Positions 53,667 to 64,000 of a DNA stretch of 64,000 nt are shown here, piece after piece (within the stretch, counting starts at the first letter, position 1; the number at the start of each line of letters is the position of its first letter). The position numbers and the translations under genes were made by a program. The notes under the pieces were generated by a model. It saw nothing but the letters and a program-made list of their open reading frames with translations, searched no databases and was not told the DNA's origin. Source of the DNA: the human T2T-CHM13v2.0 reference genome, Homo sapiens; assembly GCF_009914755.1 (NCBI RefSeq), contig NC_060931.1; one strand, given 5' to 3'.

Positions 53667-54203
53667 GTGAGTGAGCTCTGAGTTCAGAGAGGCCAGAGTG
53701 ATGGAGTCTCCTGGCTGAGAAACCCTCCACAGGATCGATAGCAATTCTCACAGGGAAAAAAAGCACCCCATTCTAGTTCCTACTCCCTACCCTTACAGAA
53801 TTGTAGAAAGTGAGAGTGAGTTGTTCAGATCTCACTCCCATCCGGCTCCTTAAAGTATTAGGGACCAGGAAACTAAGCAGTGGTGCAGCCCACCCATCCA
53901 AGAAACCTGACCCAGGGCTGCCTGATGGGGCTCCTTTTCTAATTTGACAGTCAAATGGGGAGACTTTTGGAGGGATGCTTTTACAAATTTCCTTCAGAGA
54001 TGGATACTTTATTCTAATAATTCCACCTAAAGGGACTGCCTTTGCTAATTCTCTCCAAGGAGCTATATAGAAGGGGCACAGCTGAATTGACCTTTCTCAG
54101 TAAAATGAATCTTCACACACCTATATGATAAACTCTTTTCTTTTTAATTTTTGGAGGTGGCATGCTTGTCCCCAGCTCCAGTGTTTCTGCATCTCCTCTG
54201 CAG

Positions 54204-54322
54204 CTACCAGAGTGGTAGATATTCCCTAACGTCACAGATTCCCTGACCTGGAGCTGAAGAACTTGAGCCAAATGCTCATCCATGAGTTTGACTTTCTAAA
54301 GAAATTAAGCATGAAGAACAAG
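54204..54322 (+). other. Candidate 119-nt exon
   Basis: tttctgcatctcctctgcag|C acceptor; AAG|gtagga donor. Confidence 0.3.
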
Positions 54323-54489
54323 GTAGGAGGCTTCTTCTGGCTGTCTAGGTTCTGCCAAAAAACGGGTATCTCTGGTTCCCGGAAATCTGACAATCTAACT
54401 AGACACCTTGCTCCAACCAGATTTATTGATTCATGTTAAGAGCTACTCCCTAACCAGGAGGTTGTGATGTCCTTCTTATTCTCTTACTC

Positions 54490-54512
54490 CTCTCTCTCTC
54501 TCTCTCTCTCTC
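54490..54512. repeat. (CT)n microsatellite
   Basis: Read directly. Confidence 0.9.
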
Positions 54513-55064
54513 TACTGTGAAGGTTTGAATCTTGTGTCTAACATTTATGAATTAGACATGTTATTTAATGCCACTGAACATTAGTGAATTCATCTATAAA
54601 ATGGAGTAGAATGTATATAAAGCCTCTCCCCTTCCCCTGCCCATAGCCCATCCCACTTTCTAATACTTTAGTGTGGGTGTTCCACTTAGTTGTCTATTCA
54701 AATGTCAAATCACTGTTCTGGTCATGGTGTAATATTCCTACCAGCAGGGACCTGATCTGTCTTGTTCTTTCTCTTTAATACCTAAAAAAGTGCTTGGGAC
54801 AATAAATGTTGGTGGAATTAATGAATGTCAGGAAAATCCACTTCATCTCCAGTCTTCCTTCTGCCATTAGCAAGCTGTAAGTAACCTTCACAAACTCATC
54901 TGAGCTGCTTTGGCTACAGTTTCTCCACCTGTAAAACAAGATGTTTGCAGTACAAAGTCTTTGGTTCTCTAAGACATGCTTTCTCTGTTAGGAGATTATT
55001 ATGACCTTCAGTTCTTTTCTCTGCTCAGCTTTCATCATTCAGGCACATTTCACATCCAAAAGGC

Positions 55065-55290
55065 ATCCATGGTGATTCAGAATGCAAGCTCCCAAACGAG
55101 ACAGCTGTGATCTGTATCCCAGCCCTCCACCATCTAGCTCCGGGTTTGGGGCAAACTTCTTAAACTTGCTGGGCCCGTTTCACTGTCCATTACCTCAAGG
55201 AGCTGTTGGGATGTATAAGTGACTAAATTCAGGTAAAGAAACAGAAAAGTGTGTGACAAACAGTAGGCAGTCAATAAAAGTTCACTATAT
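55065..55290 (+). mobile_element. MIR SINE
   Basis: atcccagccctccaccatctagct...ggcaaacttcttaaac...tacctcaaggagctgttgggatg...cagtaggcagtcaataaa. Confidence 0.7.
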
Positions 55291-56630
55291 GACAGTCTTT
55301 CCTTCCTATATTTTGAGTTTAGATAAATTACAGTGGCTGCGATTTGGGACTTTGAATGGCATTGCAGTTTTTATTTCCAACTTTTCTCTCTTTGATCAAT
55401 GGTAGTCTAAATTCTACATATAGCAATCTAAGTGGGTATCAAGTATAAGGATAATAGAAAATATCTTGGATACAGTGTCCATGCTATATATCAAGAATAT
55501 TATTACTCATAGCAGCTTTTTAAAAATTGTAGTGTAGTATGTGTCCTTATGTTAATCTTAAACCACAACTTAAAGAACTTCAACCAGTCTCAGCCCTTCC
55601 TGCCCTCCATGCATTTATCTTCATGATGAAGCTTTTAATTTCTCCACATTTAAGATCAGTTTTATTATTTTTCTTTATTAAAGATATTAGGAATGAAGAA
55701 ACATTGGCAAAATTATGTTGCTTGTTCTTAATTTTTTTACTGTTACTATTATTAATCTTGTTCCGGCCATGGTACTGGAGTACAATATTTCCTTTTGTGG
55801 AACATGGTCATTTTGCTATTCCAAACAAAGTTTGTGAAGATTGAAGTTGGAAGCGTTGTGAACTATGAATAACCCACAGAGTCCTAAACGGTTGTTACAT
55901 TATTATTTTTCTCACAATTATCCTACGAAAAAAACACACAGATTTATTTGGAAAGGCTCGGAACAATGAAATAAATACAGTACTGATTTCAAATGCAAAT
56001 GTCACGTCATTTCTAAATGAGTCAACCTTCAAAAGACAATGAAAAATCAACCAGAAAATTTCTGCATGTCAAAGAGTTTTAAAGGTGATAGCTAGTAAAT
56101 TGAAGTACACATCAAAGTTTCTCCAATAAAAATGTTAAATATAAGTTACTTCTTCATACATATCTAAAACCTGTCAAGTACAGGGGAAAATAATCTGTCC
56201 CACCCCCACCCATAAACTGAACAGATCACAGAAATAACTGGCATCTTTCCGCTTCCGAGGAGTGGCCGCAGGTTAGTGACAGTATAATAGTTCCTGTGTG
56301 GGAGTGTCCCTGAGTTCTAGCTCCTCCAACGCGAATCATGGCAGTGGCAGTATGTCCAAATCCTGGTAGCAATGCCCAGGATGCATGCAGTCAGAATGGC
56401 AAGTGCAAAAGGCATTTCTGGGTCTGTCAAGGCCCTAGGCTGCTGGGTAACTTAGGGGTCATCTCAGCAAGAAAGGACAAGAAAGGATTTATAAGTATAC
56501 GTACACACTCCCTGGAAATGCATCTAGAGTAGGATTCTCTAACACATTGGACTTCCTGCAGCCAGGCAAGCAGAGTCTTGGACTTCAAGATGTGGGTGTT
56601 CAAGTTAATGACAACACCTGTTCTCACCAG

Positions 56631-56726
56631 CTGGTGAAACCCGAAGAGCCCCCCTGCCCCATCAAGGTTACAAGTGTCTTACATATTTTGAAGAGAGATT
56701 GATGCTACCTGTTGTTAATTTATGAG
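56631..56726 (+). other. Candidate 96-nt exon
   Basis: cctgttctcaccag|C acceptor; GAG|gtgagt donor. Confidence 0.3.
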
Positions 56727-57593
56727 GTGAGTGGGTTGAAAATTAAGGAGGCGGAAAAAATTGTGACATGCAAATGATTTTCCTCCCCCTATGGATCAGA
56801 ACTTTAATCACACAATAAATATTCTTGTTCTCCATGTGGATGATGCAGGTGACCTCAATTTCACAAAGGCTTGTAAAATCCAGTATGTGTTTCTCTGTTC
56901 TGTACAGGGAAATTTGAGTAAACGATTGACTTTTCACTGAAATTTAGGTTTCCTAATGACCCCCACATAAATAATGCAGCTAGAAATTACTGAGGACTAG
57001 CCCAGTCGCTTGGTGGCTAGCACTTTCCCCTCCCTTCAGCGGTATCCCTGCATTGTGCCTTTAAGGCAGCAGGGGCTCACTAGCTCCTCGGGCTGAACTC
57101 TGCCCTCCCTGGGCAGTGACTCACACTCTGCAGGCTCAGACAAATGGAATCTCCCCCTGTGAGAGCCCTGCAGCCTTCCACTGTGAAAAGTCATCAGAGG
57201 GCCTGAAGGGAATATTTCCCCCACTTCCAACCTCCAAGCTCTGAGGCCACAAGTGTTTTTCACTGAGAGGGCCAGAATGTTCTAAAGCCTGTGGAAATTA
57301 AAAGCGTAATTCATGACACAGCAAAACTTTTTCTTCCCCCCATCATCTAAGACCACCTAGGGAAAAGAGAGAAATGGACTAATGCCAGATTGAGGCCTGG
57401 AGGAGAAGCCCCAGTCAACTCTCTTTTCAGTCCTTCCACAGCACAGACCAAACACACACACACATACACACGTGCATGCACACACATCCATACTATACAT
57501 CATCGTATTGTTGTCTCAGGTTTGGGGAAAACGAAATGTTTCAAGACGGATGAGAAGGGAAATTGTGTGAGGAACTGCAGCTCTCCTCCAAAA

Positions 57594-57594
<1 letters not shown>

Positions 57595-57666
<72 letters not shown>

Positions 57667-57760
57667 GGAGGAGGAGGAGAAGGAGAAGGAGGAGGAGGAA
57701 GCAGAGGAAGAGAGGGAGGAATGGGGAAGAGGGACAGAGATAGGGGGCGTGGAGGGAGAG
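57595..57760. repeat. (TG)27-(AG)9-(GGA)n compound repeat
   Basis: TG 57595-57648, AG 57649-57666, then a purine-rich tract. Confidence 0.95.
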
Positions 57761-60385
57761 CCAGACAATGAAGTAAAAGAACAATCAAAACAAAGTTCCT
57801 TCTCCCTCCCCCAGTTCCAGATTTTTGGGCAGCTTCCAAACTTGCTAACTTTCCCAAGGACAAGTTTTAAAGAAATGTTCAAAAAGCCAACAAAACTAAA
57901 TGTAGATACATTTGAAACTTCTTAGATAACAGTTACAGACAGCAGTAGCAACCCAACTCTAAAACTGGGCCATTGAAAAGGAGGAGGAGGAGTCTGTGTC
58001 CCTGACTGCCACACTTGAAAAGAACTCTAGCTCTGAGGAGTTGATCCGTCTTCCCAATCCCTCATCCACCCAAGCCCAAAAACTCAGACTTTTCAATGGA
58101 ATCCACCATCCTATGCTTACACTGGTGTGGGAAAACCATCACATACTTTTATTTCTAAATGTTTCTGTTCTGTTTGTTTAAATATGCATAATGTATCAGA
58201 AAGAAATGGAAAAAAAGGAGTAGCCTGTTTAAATACAAAGAAACGGTGTTAATGAAAACTAAGTGAAGCATAACCTTAATTTATACCCCAAATCTAGTAT
58301 GACATGAATTGATAGATTAGTTACATAAGTAAAAAGTTTTCCTGAAAGCAGAAATTAAAGTTTAGTTGTTTTGCTTCATAACAGTTTAGTGCAATACAAA
58401 CTTGTAAACTGACATTGATATTTACTTGGTTCATGTTCTGTTACCTATTTTAAGGTTGAAACACTAAGACAACAAAGATCTGCTAATAATTTATTCTTAA
58501 TTAAAAGACGCAATCTAAGAAGTAACTTTTAACAACTTTCTAGTTTTTTTATAACAGTGTAAACTTCTTCAGTTAATCTTGTGAACCTTGCAACAAATTT
58601 ACCCACAGATGAAAGTATTAGATAATATGAAAAGATTCAGAAGCCATTGCAATGTACTATTGATTTCCTTTCCCTCCTGAGGATATTTCCAAGGGTTTGC
58701 TTTCTCCAACCAACTCTTTAACCTGGAAGTCAGCATTTAGTGATCTGGTTACAACCTTTCTTGTTTGTGTTTGTTTTTTTCTCATACTTAAACGTTCTTA
58801 TGAACTTGGAGCCAGCTAAATCCATCTATTTACTTCCCATAACTTCTCTCATGCTATGTTCCTCTTTCTGAAATGACTCCCTACTCCCCCACCCTACTCA
58901 TTCTCTAAAAGCTAGCAAATAATGACATCTGCATAAGTTCCTTCATCTGAATTTTCTTATATAGATGGCCTTGCCAATGTCTGACCTCCATTGTGACTGC
59001 TTGTATTTCTTATGTCCCTTAGTGGGGACAGTTTCCTGTCCTTTTTATTACCATATCCCCCAACTATATCTAGTATGGCCCCATGTTTTAAAATGCACCA
59101 TCCCCCACCTCCAAAATAAGCAAGACGGAAAGCACCGGAGCAAACATTTTAAATGTTTATTCCCAATCATCTGCTAACATCATTTAGCAGATGAAGTTTC
59201 CCTTAGCATATACAAATATACAGTGTAAACAAAGCAAAATGTCAGGCCTGAATTACACAGAGCCGTCAAGTAAAAGGAGCAACTTGAATAATTATATCAA
59301 GCCAGATTCCCAGAAATCCTCTTCACCCTGGGTCTCTAGATCACCACCACTTGCAAGTCACCTTGCAACTCTGGTGACGTGCCTTGGAAAATTGAATTGA
59401 CCAAGTATGCCCATTTGTCTGATTTGGTTTGCTTAGTCAATATAAAACAGGTTTACTACAAAGACCAAAAATGTTTCTGTCCATTCCTCTAAAAATCCTA
59501 GACCTTAATCTATTTTCATCGGATCAGCTACTGGGGATCTTTATTTTCCAGAGTCTTCCATTTGGCTTAGGAAACACTCCACTAAGTTGCCTAAAGGTGG
59601 AAATTAATTTACTCACAGGAACTGAACCGTTTTTCCCTTAATTAAACATTGCATTCTCAACTCCTTTATATGCTTTTCAGAAGAAAGAAGACAAAACAAA
59701 ACAAAAACCCTGCATTTGATGAAAGGGTTGAGGACTTTTATGAAACATTTCAACTGATTTGTCAGAAAGCAATATGCAGTACAGCTGCTCTCTACCCCTG
59801 AAGCTGGCCTCTCAGATTTCTTCTAGCGTCTTTCTTCCAGCCTCTCTCCCCGCCTTTACGCATACTTTCCGTCTTGGTTATTGCTCTTTCTTGCTTCCTC
59901 TCTGCCTGCACCCTTTCCCTCCCAGCTCCTCATTGATGTGTCCAAGAGGAGGAGGCAGGCATGCAATGGGGAGCACAGTCACTCTGTCACACACGCGTAT
60001 CTTTAATGGACATGGGAAGAATTCACTAATACTCAAAAGCAACCAAAGTGATAAAAGAGAGAGGGAGAAAGAGAGACAGAGAGATAAACATATTTTCCAA
60101 ACAACTTAAAATGGCAATGCAAATTATCCTGCCCTTTATGAGATTAAAAAAAAAAAGTACACTGCTTGGGGAAAATAACACACTCCTCAGAAGCTCCTAC
60201 CAGATATAAATCAATGTATTCGGAAGTGTAGATTTTTCTGCATAATATTCAGAATTTGGAGTTCAATGCCGCATTCCTAACCAAAACAGCCATCAAGTCC
60301 AAGAGAAATGTACTAAAAATCAGAACATTTCGTGAATTAAGAGATTCTTCCTCATCAGTATTAACATGTTTGTGTTCTTTCTCAG

Positions 60386-60461
60386 GAGAAAACTAAGAAA
60401 ACAAAGACAATCCTCAAACTTTCAAAAGTGAAAAAATAAAATGCTTAATCTAGAAATATAA
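60386..60461 (+). other. Candidate 76-nt exon
   Basis: Branch-like tattaac, tttgtgttctttctcag|G acceptor, TAA|gtgagt donor. Confidence 0.35.
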
Positions 60462-60644
60462 GTGAGTCCCTTTGGATCAAAGTAGAAAGGCCTGGGGTCA
60501 GAATGAAGTGATGATGGCCTCCCCTGAGAGTTTGTAGGTCTCACTAGTTCCCACAAGTATCAAGGGAATCACAGAGCTGGTATCCAAAGCCGAAGAACAG
60601 AGCCAGGAAACTAGTCTGGTGTCTTCTTCACAAAATGCAATCCA

Positions 60645-62110
60645 TCTATTTATCCATCTATCTTCCATGCTTTTATGTACTCATTCAACTCAATATGTAC
60701 CTTTTAGGCACTTTCTCAAGACATGGCAAAGAACAAAATGAAAACAAAGGCCCTGTCCTCTTCAACCTTACCTTCTAGTAGGGGAAGAAAAACAAGGGAA
60801 AAATAAACAAGTAGATAGATGGTCTGGCAGATGTTGATCAATATTAAGAGGTTGCAAGCAGTTGCTCCTCTGTGTAGATTAGTCAAAGAGACCTCTCAGA
60901 GATGACATTTGAGCAGAGACCTAAAAGGAGTAAGTGAGTCAGTCATGTGGGTAACTGGGAGGACTATCTCAGGAGAAGGAAACAGCAAGTGCAAAGGCCC
61001 TGAGGTGTGTCTAGTATGTTTCAGAAACAGCAAGGCACCAATGAGATTAGAGCACAATGAGTGAGGGGAGGAGTAGCATAAGGTCAGAAAAGTCAAAGGG
61101 AAGACTCCACATCTTGCAGAGGCCTACGAGTGATTGAATTGACTTTGGGCTTCAATCTACGTGACATAGGAAAGTTTTGGGTGGCTTTGAGCAAAGAACT
61201 GACATGACCAAAAAACATTTTCAAAGGATCATCTGGCTGCTGCGTATAAGATAGACTAAAACAGTGGTGGCAAAAGTGGTAAGCAGGTCAGGAGCAGTGA
61301 CTCACGGCTGTAATCCTAACACTCTGGGAGGCTGAGGCAGGAGGATCACTTGAGCTCAGGAGTTCAAGGCCCGCCTGGGCAACGTGGTGAAACCCTGTCT
61401 CTACAAAAAATACAAAAATTAGCTGGGCATGGTGGCACATGCCTGTAGTCCCAGCTATGGGGGAGGCTAAAGTGGGAGGATGGTTTGAGCCTGGGAGGTC
61501 AAGGCCACAGCCAGCCATGATCATGTCACTGCACTCCAGCCTGGACAACAAAGCGAGACCCTGTCTCAAAAAACAAACAAACAAACAAACAAAAAAACTG
61601 GTAAGAAGTAGTGAGATTCTCGATGATGTACCTTCAAGACAGAGCTGCCAGGATTCAATCAATAGAATGATGCAGAGAATGGAAAGGGCGGGGGCAGTAG
61701 TGAGAGAAAAAAAGAAAGAAAAATGATTCCAAAGTTTGTGGTCTGAACAACAGGAAAGATAGAGTTACTATTCGTTATCACGGAGTCAGAAGACAATACA
61801 ATGGAATCAAGAAAGGGGCTTCTTTCCTTCTTTCTATCTCTTTTTTAAACGTGAAAACTAAACCATGACTGAATGCTGGTGGGAATGATACAATTGAGAA
61901 AGAAAAAATACATGATGCTAAAGAATGAGGAAACAACTGCTAGCATGATGTCCTTGAGTAGGGGAGAGGGCACAGGACTGGTCTTCCTTGACAAGCATGG
62001 TGAGCTCATCTATGGTAACAGGAGGGAAGGTAGACCTATGGATGCATTATTAGTAGAGGTGTTGGTGGTAGCTTGGGGGAATTTTCTTTCATTTCTTTAT
62101 ATTTTCTCAG
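60645..62110 (-). mobile_element. L2 LINE (L2a-like) split by AluJ
   Basis: gatgacatttgagcagagacctaaa...ggaaacagcaagtgcaaaggccctgagg...aaaggatcatctggctgctgcg. Confidence 0.8.
61286..61596 (+). mobile_element. Alu (AluJb-like) with a (CAAA)n tail
   Basis: ggaggatcacttgagctcaggag, cctgggcaac, gagaccctgtctc; degenerate TSD aaaa(g/c)tggtaag. Confidence 0.93.
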
Positions 62111-62169
62111 ATCTTCAACTGAGAGTTAGATAGGAGATGCTTCCCATTATTCTTCACACATTGCCCCTG

Positions 62170-62788
62170 GCCCAGTGAATACCTCTACATAATAGTCCAA
62201 ACCCTTCCCTGTGCCCTCTGGAATAGCTTATCCATAATCAGCAAGCCCTCCCCCTGCCAGTTACTCAGCATTTTCTTTCAGCCCACACCTAGCTTTCTCC
62301 CCTTGGATCTACATTGCTGGGACTGGAAAATTGCAAACGTCTTTTCTCAGAACCCCTATCAACTGCTTCCTTCTGCCAATAGAAGACAATGGTAGGAGAT
62401 CAGAAGGTGAGAGAGAGGGGACAGTTTCCTGCTTCTGGTTGTAGGCAATTGTACTGAAAGCAAGAGTCAGAATTCTGGACTCCAGCAGCCCATCCAGGGC
62501 AGCACATTGTTAGTGGTTCTAGCCCTGGCAGAGATGGGTCCAGGACTGGCTATGACAGTTTCCTCAGCAGCATAGTATAATAGCAAGGGCTGGTTTATGG
62601 TCATGAGCACCTTCCAATCACTGAGAATCCACCCTTCCCTTTATAATTCTTCAGCCGTTTCAGTTCTCACCTTTTCATCTTCCAGTCCTGCCAAAATCTT
62701 TGTAACCAATGTCTTGAATTAAATTCCCATGGTATGAAAGACTTGGAATCATTCCCGTCTTCTTGACCACCAGTCCCTGATTGATACA
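62170..62788 (+). mobile_element. LTR33-like ERVL LTR
   Basis: 3' end tttgtaaccaat...attaaattccc...ccctgattgataca; start approximate. Confidence 0.65.
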
Positions 62789-62844
62789 CTCAGTACACTC
62801 AACCCCCTTTTCAAGGGTTTCCTCCTCCTTCCTGCATTAATTAA

Positions 62845-63254
<410 letters not shown>

Positions 63255-63289
63255 CGATACTCCCTGTTACTTCAATATTCTTCCAACCT

Positions 63290-63990
63290 GTCTTCTCAAA
63301 TACTGCTCATCAGAACCATTCCATTTGGCTTTACTACTCTTTAACCATCCCACTTGCACCCAAGCCACCACTTTGTTATTCCCTCTCTTTAGCCAAAGGC
63401 TTTGGCATCCAGCTCCCAACTTGGTTACTACTAAAGTCCTGTCAAAAGGCTGAATGAAACCAATACCTTCACAGATAACCCTCTGACTCACCCGACATCC
63501 GGAGCCTTCAGTTTTTTTACCTCCTCCAGGTTCTTCTTCATTCCAATGTAGTCCCTCATTCATGTCATCTCCTCTATTTCACCTGTTCCCACGAACAAAA
63601 TCATTAATTCTTGCATCACCTTCTTATAATATCTTCTATTTTTAGTGTAGTTGATTGGGTACCCCTTGGCCTTTATTCAACCTTATCTGCACTTCCAATG
63701 CATTGATCCCTCTATTTTCTCTTAATCAACGGTTTCTTTCTTTCCCTCATTTCCCTCCTGAGATAACCTAATTGCATGACTCATTGTTTCAGTAGCCCTC
63801 TTGTCAATTATCTTAACTCTCTTGCTATACTATCTTTAGTTACATGAGTCCAGCAAATCCCCAATCCTGGGTTATCCAGCTCTTTCTCCATGCCTGCACC
63901 TGAGTAGCTAAACATAGTTGTGTGTGGGTGGGGGCATGGAGGATCACATAAAATGGCAGTTTGGTAAATTCCTTTGTAAATTCAAAAGCC
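63290..63990 (+). mobile_element. L2 internal fragment
   Basis: Pyrimidine-rich; gcaaatccccaatcctggg...ctccatgcctgcacctgagtagct. Confidence 0.55.
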
Positions 63991-64000
63991 CAATATCAAG

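Noticed and set aside
57390-57882. ORFs with CV, ER, HT and poly-R runs
   Set aside because: Read-through of the (TG)n(AG)n(GGA)n repeat

Overview
This is primate (most likely human or great-ape) nuclear non-coding DNA, not a microbial locus. It is AT-rich, CpG-depleted and dense in interspersed repeats: four Alus, three 5'-truncated L1PA 3' ends with target-site duplications (TSDs), old L1M and L2 pieces, many MIRs, solo LTRs (MLT1C, THE1D, MLT1A, LTR8, MER57, LTR33/16-like) and DNA transposons (MER3 x2, MER5A, Tigger4b). I find no credible protein-coding sequence; the longest ORFs in the track are read-throughs of repeats and the rest are chance-length with no recognisable protein similarity. 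I cannot place the locus on a chromosome from sequence alone. Repeat family names come from my recall of consensus sequences, not from a search. The best-supported unusual element is a 5'-half tRNA-Cys(GCA) that ends at the anticodon loop, lacks a poly(A) tail, is flanked by an 18-bp TSD and sits in the B-box region of a MIR (23572-23640). It fits the known 'tailless retropseudogene' class. Also notable: a chain of candidate + strand exons at 53.5-60.5 kb (possible lncRNA), a palindromic templated-insertion scar at 31.6 kb, a higher-order microsatellite that arose inside an L1 tail at 8.5 kb, and several repeat-poor, motif-rich candidate regulatory blocks. I found no evidence for a wholly new multi-gene system.
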